A stretch of DNA of 42,215 nucleotides from Verrucomicrobiota bacterium (GTDB lineage Bacteria; Verrucomicrobiota; Verrucomicrobiia; Verrucomicrobiales; DEV007): assembly GCA_045046875.1 (NCBI GenBank), contig JASFYY010000034.1, forward strand, positions 1 through 42,215, read 5' to 3'. Each line of letters starts with the position of its first letter. The first letter of the stretch is position 1. Positions 26,926 to 36,152 of the stretch are shown here, in pieces. The notes under the pieces are model-generated. The model worked only from the letters and a program-made list of their open reading frames with translations. It was not told the origin of the DNA and searched no databases. The translations under genes and the position numbers were made by a program.

Positions 26926-28053
26926 TCATTTTTTTCCCACCTTTGAAAGCTGAATTTCTTTTCCTATTTTAGCAGTCGTAATGTTAATCCTTGCCAACTG
27001 ACCTTTTGCTTCTTCAAAATTTCTTTTAGCAACCCAAATAGCACTATATCGTTGAGTCCGGCGTTCGAACGATAATGACAAAAGAATCAATCCCTTCGAT
27101 TGGTAAAGAGCATTCATGCTTCGAACTTTATCCTCAGACTGCAACCAACCATTGTACCACCCCAGCCCCTTAGGTTTTTTATCATAAATGGCCCGCAACT
27201 CCCTCTTGTTATTACTTTCAACATATATTGCATAACGTCCGTCGCCCTCTTCGTCTGCGAAATTAAGCTCAAATTTAGAAAATTCCATCCAATCAGTAAA
27301 ACCTCCCTTCTTCATCTCTTTTACAGCCGCAACCTTTGCCGAACTTTTATGGTCGGCGATTAGTTTTTTTAAAAACTGCTGATCTCCCACACTTAAATCA
27401 GTAATCAAAAAAGGAAACCTCCCTCCTCCCTTCTTAATCAAAATAGCTTTATTTCCGTCTATTTCAGCTAGAGCAGCCACAACCACACGCCCTGATTTAT
27501 CTGTCCATCGACGACTCTCTGCCGTCACAGCGGTAGCTCCATGAGAAATTTCTGCTTGTGAAGCCCTTATTTGAATCTTGGCAGTGGTCACCCCTAAGTT
27601 TTTTAACATCGCAACTGAATCAGCATAACCTCCGCTCTTAGTCCATATTGCACAATAACTCCCCCCTGTTGGGTTCTTTTTCAAAAACAACAATTCATAG
27701 CCCCCCTTTTTCCGTAACGCATGCTTTCGCAATAACTGCTCATCTGAGATATGCGTGCTATACTCTACATTCGCCGCTGCGTTATTTTTTTCCAGATCAA
27801 TGATCATACGAATGGAACCTTTCACATCCCGCTCAACGACCAAAAGAACTTTGCCCTCAAGTTCGGCCTGAATCAATATCTCACCAGCTTTGCCAGCCGG
27901 CATCCATCCCGTAAAAATCGCTTCACGCTTTGGCTTGGATTTCCTATCAAACTCAGACTCTTCAAAACGCCCTCGCACTTGCTGCGAAAATGTCGGATAT
28001 AAACAAAATTGTATAATCGTAAAAACTAGAGCCAGCCTCAATATATTCTTCAT
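26926..28053 (-). CDS. Exported protein with a central SHD1 domain flanked by two copies of an unnamed domain
   Basis: Signal peptide; SD AGGAGG upstream; SHD1-like RRWTDKSGR...LSVGDQQFL; duplicated FTxWM...Y.AIW...TTAKI. Confidence 0.8.
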   Translation of the reverse strand: MKNILRLALVFTIIQFCLYPTFSQQVRGRFEESEFDRKSKPKREAIFTGWMPAGKAGEILIQAELEGKVLLVVERDVKGSIRMIIDLEKNNAAANVEYSTHISDEQLLRKHALRKKGGYELLFLKKNPTGGSYCAIWTKSGGYADSVAMLKNLGVTTAKIQIRASQAEISHGATAVTAESRRWTDKSGRVVVAALAEIDGNKAILIKKGGGRFPFLITDLSVGDQQFLKKLIADHKSSAKVAAVKEMKKGGFTDWMEFSKFELNFADEEGDGRYAIYVESNNKRELRAIYDKKPKGLGWYNGWLQSEDKVRSMNALYQSKGLILLSLSFERRTQRYSAIWVAKRNFEEAKGQLARINITTAKIGKEIQLSKVGKK

Positions 28054-28205
28054 GATGAATCCTCCTGATATCTTTTGAAAGAATCACCACTAACAGTAAA
28101 ACTAAACGACGTCTATAAAATAAACCTCAAAACCCCTCTCCAGGGTGCAGGACAAAAAAGTTAGCCATTGGCTATTAAAAGCTACCTTATCACACATCAA
28201 CATCA

Positions 28206-28299
28206 TTTCGCCCTTTTAGGGCAGGTAATAAAACCGATTTAACCCCAGTGCGAAGCGCTGGGTAAAAAATCCAACTCTTCCAGCCCTAAAAGGACGAAA
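28206..28299. repeat. REP/MITE-like nested palindromic element
   Basis: TTTCGCCCTTTTAGGGC (28206-28222) is inverted at GCCCTAAAAGGACGAAA (28283-28299; 16/17 match); internal hairpin CCCAGTGC-GAA-GCGCTGGG (28244-28262). Confidence 0.75.
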
Positions 28300-28625
28300 C
28301 ACATAGCGGTCAGCAAATTAACTATTTTGTCTTACCCCCATTACCTACCCACTCCAGCTTACGCCGCCCATTGCAAAGCTGTGAATAAAGCTGGCTTCAG
28401 AAAAACATATTCTAATAAAGATCTGGCACTTCTTTTTCTTCAGCTCAATGATCCCCGTGCATCATCTTACAAAACCTGCTGAAAAGCTTCTATAAAAATT
28501 CACCGCAAAAACATCACTTCTCACACTACGCATTTCTTGCCCTATTTCCCCGCATTTCCGACCTCAAAAAGCAAAAAACACAACTTTCTACTGTCATCTT
28601 CTAGAAACTGTCCTACCTTACTGCA

Positions 28626-28644
28626 ATTGAGACTCATTCTCATT
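28626..28644 (+). promoter_or_regulatory. Fur-box-like operator upstream of feoA
   Basis: ATTGAGACTCATTCTCATT; 7-1-7 core TGAGACT-C-ATTCTCA, 11/14 to TGATAAT-N-ATTATCA; 15 bp before the feoA ATG. Confidence 0.75.
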
Positions 28645-28659
28645 AAGCGATATTTTAGT

Positions 28660-28938
28660 ATGAAATCCGATATATCTTTAGGCGAAAACCACACCATCAC
28701 GGAAACCATTGCCGACCTCGAACCGGGAGAGCAAGCAGTGATTCGGGATTTCACCAAGTCCGATGACGCTCTGATCCGCTTCCGCGAACTGGGCATGTTG
28801 CCAGGAACCCCTGTTGCACTGGTGCGACGAGCTCCACTCGGGGATCCGCTCGAACTCTCCGTCCGCGGCTCGTTGCTTTCCGTCCGGGCGCATGAAGCCC
28901 AATGGATCGAAATCGAGCCCCGCACCTGTCTAGCCTGA
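28660..28938 (+). CDS. feoA: Ferrous iron transport protein A
   Basis: RFRELGMLPGT.V.LVRRAPLGDPLELSVRGSLLSVR..EA; ATG 28660. Confidence 0.93.
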   Translation: MKSDISLGENHTITETIADLEPGEQAVIRDFTKSDDALIRFRELGMLPGTPVALVRRAPLGDPLELSVRGSLLSVRAHEAQWIEIEPRTCLA

Positions 28939-28969
28939 TTCTCCTGAAACGGCTACCCTGCTACATGCA

Positions 28970-31039
28970 ATGAGAGATTCAGAGTCTGCAGCTGCATCCG
29001 TCCCCCAAAATCATACGCCCAAATCCAAGCGAGTATTCGCGCTGGTGGGTAATCCCAACTGCGGAAAAACCACCCTTTTTAATGCCCTCACCGGCATGCG
29101 TCAAAAAGTTGGCAACTACCCCGGTGTCACGGTTGAACGCAAAGAAGGCACCTGCTACGGCCAACACGGCGAGGAATTGCGCCTGATCGATCTGCCCGGC
29201 GCTTATTCACTCAATGCCCGCTCCCCTGACGAAGAAATCCTGCGTGACGTTCTGCTAGGCCGCCGCGACGACACCCCCACGCCGGACGCCGTCATCGTCA
29301 TTCTCGATGCCTCCAATCCCGAGCGTAATCTTTACCTCGCTACCCAGGTGCTCGAGCTTGGCTTGCCAACCATCCTCGTTCTCAACATGATCGACGTGGC
29401 AGATTCACAGAATTTGAAACTCAACGTTTCAGCTATCAGTGAAGCTTTTGGAGTACCGGTCATCCCTATGCAGGCTAATAGCCGCAAAGGTCTGCCCGAA
29501 TTGCGCATTGCCATGAGCAAGGCAGACTTACCCTCCTCCTCACTGCGCATCCCCCTGCCAGATGACACCCAGCAATTGCTCGACAAGTTTTCCCGTGACA
29601 ACCCGCAAGACGAGGACAACAACCACAACGAACGGGCCGCGCTCTATCTACTCGACGAAGAGACCAAAAAAAACCATTCTAATAGCGAATGGGAAAACCA
29701 CCTCATTGCGGCGCGTTACGACACCATTCAGAAAATTTGCGCTGATGCGGTCAAACAATCAGCCAACAACGCGCCCTCCCCTACCGACCGCCTCGATGCT
29801 TTTCTTCTCCACAAAATCTGGGGTTGGGTCGCCCTCATCAGCCTCATGACGCTGATTTTTTCGCTGATTTTCTCTTATGCCGAGATTCCCATGGACTGGA
29901 TCGATACGGCTTTCACCGCCCTGGCCGACAAAGTCACCACTCTGATGCCGCCCGGAGATCTACGCGACCTGATCACCGAGGGAATCATCGCCGGAGTCGG
30001 GGGCGTCGCGATCTTCCTTCCCCAAATTCTCATCCTGTTCTTTTTCATAGGCCTGATGGAGGACACCGGCTACATGTCCCGCGTAGCCTTCATGATGGAT
30101 CGCCTGATGTCCAAAGTCGGCCTCAATGGCAAATCCTTTGTCCCCCTGCTCAGCTCTTACGCCTGCGCCATCCCTGGTATCATGGCCACTCGAACCGTCG
30201 AAAACCCCAAGGATCGACTTATTACCATACTCGTCGCGCCATGGGCAAGCTGCTCCGCCAGGCTACCGGTGTATCTACTGATGATCGCCGTACTCATCCC
30301 CGAATCAAAAGTGCCCATATTCACCAAAGTCGGCTTTATGCTCAGCCTTTATATCCTGGGCACTGTTGGCATTTTTATTGCCGCATGGATCTTCAACAAG
30401 ACTTTCCGCCGAAAAGTAAAAACCTTACCCATCATGGAGTTGCCACTCTACAAGGCCCCCTCCTGGTACACCATTGTGTTGCATATGTGGGAGCGCACCA
30501 AAATTTTCATCCGCCGTGCCGGAACCATCATTCTCGGGGTCTCCATCCTCCTATGGGCCGCCGAAAATTACCCCAAAACACCTGGAGCCGATAAAGCCAC
30601 ACAAGTGGAAAACAGCATCGCTGGAAAAATCGGGCACGCCATCGAACCGGTCATCAAGCCGCTTGGTTATGATTGGAGAATTGGCATCGGGCTAGTGGCA
30701 TCTTTCGCCGCACGGGAGTTCTTTGTCTCTGCCATGGCGATCACTTACAATGTCGAACAAGAAGGCGTTGCTGAAAACGTCGCCGCCGAAACCCTGCGTC
30801 AACGAATGCGAGCCGCCAAGCGACCCGATGGCGTTACTCCGGCTTTTTCCCCTTTGGTCTGTCTCAGCTTAATGATTTTTTATCTTTTTGCGATGCAATG
30901 CATCAGCACCACCGTTGTGGTTCGACGCGAAACCAATTCTTGGAAATGGCCGATGTTCCAAATCGCATTCATGACCGGTACCGCCTACTTTGCCTCACTG
31001 ATCGTTTATCAAGGCGGTTTGTTATTAGGCTTCCACTAA
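28970..31039 (+). CDS. feoB: Ferrous iron transport protein B
   Basis: G1 GNPNCGKT, GNYPGVTVE, DLPG, NMID; gate motifs EDTGYMSR, CSARLPVY, MELP.Y; QCIST. Confidence 0.97.
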   Translation: MRDSESAAASVPQNHTPKSKRVFALVGNPNCGKTTLFNALTGMRQKVGNYPGVTVERKEGTCYGQHGEELRLIDLPGAYSLNARSPDEEILRDVLLGRRDDTPTPDAVIVILDASNPERNLYLATQVLELGLPTILVLNMIDVADSQNLKLNVSAISEAFGVPVIPMQANSRKGLPELRIAMSKADLPSSSLRIPLPDDTQQLLDKFSRDNPQDEDNNHNERAALYLLDEETKKNHSNSEWENHLIAARYDTIQKICADAVKQSANNAPSPTDRLDAFLLHKIWGWVALISLMTLIFSLIFSYAEIPMDWIDTAFTALADKVTTLMPPGDLRDLITEGIIAGVGGVAIFLPQILILFFFIGLMEDTGYMSRVAFMMDRLMSKVGLNGKSFVPLLSSYACAIPGIMATRTVENPKDRLITILVAPWASCSARLPVYLLMIAVLIPESKVPIFTKVGFMLSLYILGTVGIFIAAWIFNKTFRRKVKTLPIMELPLYKAPSWYTIVLHMWERTKIFIRRAGTIILGVSILLWAAENYPKTPGADKATQVENSIAGKIGHAIEPVIKPLGYDWRIGIGLVASFAAREFFVSAMAITYNVEQEGVAENVAAETLRQRMRAAKRPDGVTPAFSPLVCLSLMIFYLFAMQCISTTVVVRRETNSWKWPMFQIAFMTGTAYFASLIVYQGGLLLGFH

Positions 31040-31072
31040 AAGCTACAGCCAACTCTTAAACTATTGCATCCC

Positions 31073-31240
31073 ATGTCTTCCGACTGGCAATCCTGGATCA
31101 CCCTGGGGATCATCATCCTCACCGTAGCCATTTTCATAGCCCGCAGCATCGCCAAACACCGCAAAAAAGGTGACGGCTGCGGCTCCGACTGTGCCTGCCC
31201 CTCCTCTCCCCCTTTAAAAAATAAAAAACCTGAAAAATAG
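31073..31240 (+). CDS. FeoB-associated small Cys-rich membrane protein (55 aa, not in ORF track)
   Basis: MSSDWQSWITLGIIILTVAIFIARSIAKHRKKGDGCGSDCACPSSPPLKNKKPEK*: one TM, basic stretch, CxxxCxC; 33 bp after feoB. Confidence 0.85.
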   Translation: MSSDWQSWITLGIIILTVAIFIARSIAKHRKKGDGCGSDCACPSSPPLKNKKPEK

Positions 31241-31245
31241 CCCCC

Positions 31246-31270
31246 TTCTGACTTCTGAATTCTGAATTCT
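31246..31270 (+). repeat. Short heptamer tandem repeat
   Basis: TTCTGAC TTCTGAA TTCTGAA TTCT between convergent gene ends. Confidence 0.65.
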
Positions 31271-31280
31271 TCCCCCCCCT

Positions 31281-32492
31281 TCACATTCCCATCATCGGAG
31301 CCGGCACTAGAAAAGCGTGTTGCTCCAACAAACTCATACTGCCATTCTGAGCCAAGTACTGAGTCAGATAAACAATCAACACATACGCTAAAGCCACCGG
31401 CAAAAACGCCAAGCGACCGGTCCACCTGAAAAAACGACCACGCAACTCTTCGCGTTTCACCGCTCGACTCATCGCCCAGCCAGCTAACAAACGTGCAGGG
31501 AATATAAACGCTACAAACAACAAACTCGGCAGCCACGCGACATCACGCGGCGCCAGTTCGATTTTCAATAAATACAGGGGCACCGCAAACAACAAGGTGA
31601 TAAAAAATGCCAACCAAAAAGCAATGGGTGCCCGGTTGAACAATCTGCGAATCTCCCCCAATTCAAACATCGCACCAAAACGTCCGACCCGCGCAAAATG
31701 CGCCTGTAAAAAAGGCAACCACATCACCACGGGAGTCAACAACAACACTCCAAACAAGGACAAAACACCCCCTGCCACCGGTGACCGATCCGCGGCTAGA
31801 ATCAACAAGCCCACCGGCACCAGCAACCAAATCACTGCGCCCAGGAATCCGCGCGCTCCCAACCATATATAATAAGGCAGATTCAACCCCACCACATAAG
31901 TCCACCAGCCCTTCCATGCTGTGCCCAGCTTGCCGGGCTGTCCCAACCATCTCCACAAACGCAGTGGAGCCGGCCACAAAAAATGCCATGGCCGACCACC
32001 TCGAATACACGCCCAGATAATGTGAAAAAACACTAATACCGAAAGAACAATCAATCCACCCCTCCACGCCCCCGCTGTAGCTCCACCGGGAGAGATCAGC
32101 TCCGCATCTCTCCACATTCCCCACACAAACCGCAGAGGCAACAGCATGACCCATATCCCGATCACGGCACTGCCAATCCGTGAAGCCTTTCTGATGCCAA
32201 CAAAACCACTGCGCAATTTTCCCGTTCTAGCGACTCGCCCGCTGACTTCGAGCAAATACCCCAGGCTCAAAAAATTCAATATCGGTATCACCGATAACAA
32301 AGCCAAACCTCCTGCGATCGCCAACAAACCAAAAACCCAATCAAGCGCAGAAACCAGCCCGGCAAAACATCGCTTCAGCCACGAAGGAGATTTCGTCACC
32401 CCTTCTATCCCTCCTCCATTTTCCATCAACCGCCCAGCCTCTTCTGACAAAGGCGCAGCTACCATAACAGTTTCAATCGTATTCGCTTCCAT
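31281..32492 (-). CDS. Polytopic membrane protein of unknown function (DUF4013-like, PVC family)
   Basis: About 9-10 TMs; LSVIPILNFLSLGYLLEVSGRVAR; PLYLLKIE; QHAFLVPAP. Confidence 0.75.
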   Translation of the reverse strand: MEANTIETVMVAAPLSEEAGRLMENGGGIEGVTKSPSWLKRCFAGLVSALDWVFGLLAIAGGLALLSVIPILNFLSLGYLLEVSGRVARTGKLRSGFVGIRKASRIGSAVIGIWVMLLPLRFVWGMWRDAELISPGGATAGAWRGGLIVLSVLVFFHIIWACIRGGRPWHFLWPAPLRLWRWLGQPGKLGTAWKGWWTYVVGLNLPYYIWLGARGFLGAVIWLLVPVGLLILAADRSPVAGGVLSLFGVLLLTPVVMWLPFLQAHFARVGRFGAMFELGEIRRLFNRAPIAFWLAFFITLLFAVPLYLLKIELAPRDVAWLPSLLFVAFIFPARLLAGWAMSRAVKREELRGRFFRWTGRLAFLPVALAYVLIVYLTQYLAQNGSMSLLEQHAFLVPAPMMGM

Positions 32493-32615
32493 AGGACTCT
32501 CTTCTGCCTAACTATGACGCAAGCCTCTGAGAGCAGGTTACAAAAAAATCAGCGCTTATCACCGAATCAATGATTACCCAACAACCATCAAGCAGCCTTC
32601 CTAAGATTTTTCCTA

Positions 32616-33965
32616 CTATTTGCTGCGCTTCGCCGCATTAGATCGCATGATGCTGATAGCTCCCCAATCCACGGTGAAATCTCCTTTCTCAATCCGTGGT
32701 TTGCTTTCAAAGTCGATCGCAAAACCTACCGATTTCCAGCGATTGAAAACCGCCGCTTCCAGTTCCTGATAACTACGCCCCCTCAGCAAATGTCTCATTC
32801 TCGCATCCTCCTCAGGCGCTCCACTCAACACCGCTTCGAGATAGTGCCTCATCGGCTCACCATTCTTGCCGTCGGCGTGAAAAAAATAATCCACCAACAC
32901 CAGCGCCATATTGTATTGCAACAAACCTGCGGCTCCTCCCTCTTGAACCACACCATTCCACTCCTGCAAATGCCGTCCCATGAACTCATCCATACGATAA
33001 AAGTGTAATTTACGATCCTTAAAACCGCGCTCGGCTTTCACGCTTTTATTGATATGATAACGCACCGCCGCGTAACTGGTTTTAAACTGATAATTGCCAG
33101 GCGAAAAATGCATCGCCGACAAATACTCGGCAATGCCTTCGGGGATCCAGGCAGGCATATCGAGCATCAACATCGATACCATCGCCTGGTGCGTTACCTC
33201 ATGCACAATGGTATCGTATTTCTGACGTTTCTGCGGCTTATCAAACTCAAAAACGATCAAGTCATTGGATCGCTCGACCAATTGACTGGTATCGATATGA
33301 ACCCTACCCGTTCGGCCATCAAAAAAACCAGCCAACTTATCTTTTGCGCTGCCCTTGAACATACCCTCCAGAATAATGTCACGCCGTGCATCGGCGGGAC
33401 GCCCCCAATCGAGAGGCAAAGGCAGTGATTTCAATGCCCCGTCCACTGATTCACAGATCCCCGCGATCGCCTCCAAAGTCTGGTGGTTAACCTTGGCGTC
33501 ATTGTATAAATCAAAATGCTCACTACTCCACGCTTCTTCTTCCGCAGACCAAGTCAGTTTTGCCTCCCCTTCCATTTTCCAGCTTCGAGGCCAGGCATCG
33601 GCACGCAAGCTGACCGGATGTCCCAGCACCCCGTCCTTGCCCCATTTCTCCAGACGTTTTTTCACTCGTTGCTGATCTTCCGCCGACAACGCTTCCATAT
33701 CAAGATAATGAACCCGTTGGGTTTCGGGCAGACGGAACTCGACCCGCTGATGGTTCGCCGACACCAAAACCGCTTTCATTGATTTACCTGCACGACCTGT
33801 CCAGGTTTCCACTTTATCAGGTAAATCATCCTTGAAAACCAAACCCGAAGGCAATCCTCCAGCTCGCTGAAAAACGGTATCGGTCAAACCCGGTTTGCGG
33901 AGGAAAAAAGCCAATACAGCCCCCACCATCAATAAAATTACTACTAACAAAAACCGATTCATCAT
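32616..33965 (-). CDS. Membrane-anchored SHD1-like + gluzincin (HExxH) metallopeptidase-like protein
   Basis: N-terminal TM; ETWTGRAGKS...LSAEDQQRV; IVHEVTHQ followed by PAWIPEGIAEY. Confidence 0.78.
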   Translation of the reverse strand: MMNRFLLVVILLMVGAVLAFFLRKPGLTDTVFQRAGGLPSGLVFKDDLPDKVETWTGRAGKSMKAVLVSANHQRVEFRLPETQRVHYLDMEALSAEDQQRVKKRLEKWGKDGVLGHPVSLRADAWPRSWKMEGEAKLTWSAEEEAWSSEHFDLYNDAKVNHQTLEAIAGICESVDGALKSLPLPLDWGRPADARRDIILEGMFKGSAKDKLAGFFDGRTGRVHIDTSQLVERSNDLIVFEFDKPQKRQKYDTIVHEVTHQAMVSMLMLDMPAWIPEGIAEYLSAMHFSPGNYQFKTSYAAVRYHINKSVKAERGFKDRKLHFYRMDEFMGRHLQEWNGVVQEGGAAGLLQYNMALVLVDYFFHADGKNGEPMRHYLEAVLSGAPEEDARMRHLLRGRSYQELEAAVFNRWKSVGFAIDFESKPRIEKGDFTVDWGAISIMRSNAAKRSK

Positions 33966-34025
33966 TCCCTCAATATTAGACTAAGCCCATTAAACTTCGT
34001 TCACGTCTGTTCGATACCTCGGTAC

Positions 34026-34057
34026 AAAAAAGTGGACGGATTGCAAACAACCCGTCC
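34026..34057 (-). terminator. Rho-independent terminator downstream of tpsB
   Basis: Minus strand GGACGGGTTG-TTTG-CAATCCGTCC-ACTTTTTT, about 35 bp after the stop codon. Confidence 0.7.
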
Positions 34058-34090
34058 TCCTTAATGAGCTTTAATCTAAACTCGCGATGA

Positions 34091-35932
34091 TTAGAAATTT
34101 GCTGTCGCACCAATGTGAATACGACCACCGGAATCAAGTCCGTCCAAGTTTTTGGTCGAAACAGGATAACCATAATCCAGACGAACACGGAACCAATCAC
34201 TGTAACGCCAGCGCAAACCTGCACCCACACTAGACATTTGGAACGAACTAGGTTCATCCTCTAGGCGATGTTTATTGCCCACATTGCCATAGTCAAAAAA
34301 ACCTAGGAAGCGCAATTCATCCGTTTCGTTTTTCCACTTCATGAAACGTCCCACCGAAGTCGCCGGAGTGAATATCTCAACGGTTCCCCAGAATCCCTGG
34401 TCGCCACGAACCAAACGGTTATCAAAACCACGAATCGTGTCGTAACCACCGATACCGAGCTGCTCACTGGCAAGCAGGTTTCCATCGGAAATCTGCCCCT
34501 GACCGCGCATACGCAGAGTCCAGTTTTCAGGTAAACGTTGCTGACGTTCGATTCCCAGTGTTCCATAGGCATACTGGGAGCTCGCTCCATTTCTGGTTTC
34601 CTGAAAAGCTTCATCCGAATTGTTTCCATCAACCCCACCCGGGCTGTAATAACCGACAATATCGGCTTTGGTCACTCCCCAGCGATCCTGGGCAAGAATA
34701 TTGTAACCCATGCTTAGCTGGAAAATCTCCGTAGTGGTATCAAACACTTCGTCCCCGCCAAAAGCCAGGTTGTTATTGGTTGATTTGAAGTCAAATCCAA
34801 GCTGCAACTCGTGCGTTTGGGATTTGAATGCAGCCATGGGGATAGAATAACGCCCGCTGCCTTGAACGTTCTTTCCTCCAGATTGCAAAGTGGTTCCACC
34901 CGCTTCAGTGCCGGAATCCACCGTTGCATACGAACCTGCGATGGTCAGATAATGCTGCCAAGGCAAGGATGCCATATAAGCTCCTGAATGAGCTTGCACG
35001 GTGCTGAAGTCGTCACTCGTTGTGTATTGGTAACTCAAGCCCTGATCCGGGCCAAAAGCATCACCCCAGTTAAAGCCAGCCAACCAGCGGCTGCGGCCGA
35101 GAGCCTCGGTGCCTGAATCTTCATAACCCATGTAGAAAAAGGTCGGATCGGATTCAATCGTATTAAGAATGATATCCGTGGTGCCAAACTCATAACCTGG
35201 TGCGTAAACCAAGTCGACCTTGCGGTAAGGGCTGCGGTTCAACCAGTTAAGGTTTCTCAACACGTCCCGGTTATTGATCACCTGGCCTTTTTCGAGATCC
35301 ACCTGGCCTCGCAGGTATTCTTCGGTTTTGGCATCCACCCCTTCCACACGAATGCGGTTCAATTTACCTTCGACCACCACCAGTTGCACCACACCTGAGG
35401 TGATGTCCTGCTCGGGCAGCAATACGTCCACCACCGGACGATCAGAATTACGGTAAGCACGAATCGTGGCTTTGATCATTTCGTCCAGAGACGCCAAAGA
35501 CACCGAACTGCCCAAATAAGAAGTCAGCACATCACCCACCTTTTGTGGAAAATCATCATAGTCGTGCCAGATACCTTCCACACCCGGCCAACCATCGGCA
35601 CGAACATCGCCCGGAGTTGGCACGATCACGATACCTCTAAGGTTATCGACCAATGGCGCATCACTCACCCCACGGGGCGATTCCGGAGCCAATACCACAG
35701 AACCTCCTTGCACTTTCAGTGGGCCTTCTCCCCCCATCTCAATGCTGTTCTGGGTTTCCACCACCTTGCGCTGCGTATCAGGCGGCAAAACATCAATTAA
35801 AAATTCGGTTCCAAATTCATCGGTAACCACGCGTTGGGCCAAGGAATCCGTGGTCGTCATCATCCACGCAGCCGCTCCGGCAGCCATAAAAGCAACAGTC
35901 TTAGTAGTCCGTCTCATCTTTTTAAATAACAA
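34091..35932 (-). CDS. ShlB/FhaC/HecB (TpsB, Omp85-family) outer-membrane transporter
   Basis: Signal peptide; POTRA motif LPEQDITSGVVQLVVVEG; EQLGIGGYDTIRGF (VRGY-like loop); SSVGAGLRW...DYG; terminal Phe. Confidence 0.92.
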   Translation of the reverse strand: MLFKKMRRTTKTVAFMAAGAAAWMMTTTDSLAQRVVTDEFGTEFLIDVLPPDTQRKVVETQNSIEMGGEGPLKVQGGSVVLAPESPRGVSDAPLVDNLRGIVIVPTPGDVRADGWPGVEGIWHDYDDFPQKVGDVLTSYLGSSVSLASLDEMIKATIRAYRNSDRPVVDVLLPEQDITSGVVQLVVVEGKLNRIRVEGVDAKTEEYLRGQVDLEKGQVINNRDVLRNLNWLNRSPYRKVDLVYAPGYEFGTTDIILNTIESDPTFFYMGYEDSGTEALGRSRWLAGFNWGDAFGPDQGLSYQYTTSDDFSTVQAHSGAYMASLPWQHYLTIAGSYATVDSGTEAGGTTLQSGGKNVQGSGRYSIPMAAFKSQTHELQLGFDFKSTNNNLAFGGDEVFDTTTEIFQLSMGYNILAQDRWGVTKADIVGYYSPGGVDGNNSDEAFQETRNGASSQYAYGTLGIERQQRLPENWTLRMRGQGQISDGNLLASEQLGIGGYDTIRGFDNRLVRGDQGFWGTVEIFTPATSVGRFMKWKNETDELRFLGFFDYGNVGNKHRLEDEPSSFQMSSVGAGLRWRYSDWFRVRLDYGYPVSTKNLDGLDSGGRIHIGATANF

Positions 35933-36152
35933 ATCGATATAGTTACAAATAGTTAATCCCTCTTAAAGACCTCATAAAAAGTCATACAAGAGTTATGCAG
36001 TCTAAGCGTTTAACACAAGTATGGGGGTGCAGGAAAGCATTTTTCTCAAAAAAACCGTTTTTTTTTGCATTTACGATTCTTACCAAAGCGTAAAAAAACC
36101 ATTTTTCCGTCAAAATAAGGCTCTTAATCGGTCCTGATCCCCCTGAAACACC

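Noticed and set aside
26580..28300. Integron cassette array for the AT-rich genes
   Set aside because: No RYYYAAC...GTTRRRY attC structure after either gene and no integrase in the window.
29824..30594. 256-aa alternative-frame ORF inside feoB
   Set aside because: His/Arg/Pro-rich off-frame product of C-rich codon bias; no motifs.
31036..31536. 166-aa minus-strand ORF after feoB
   Set aside because: Overlaps the better-supported 55-aa FeoB-associated gene and the 3' end of the membrane protein gene.
33976..34257. 93-aa minus-strand ORF as a small TpsB partner
   Set aside because: Overlaps the tpsB 3' end out of frame and runs through its terminator.
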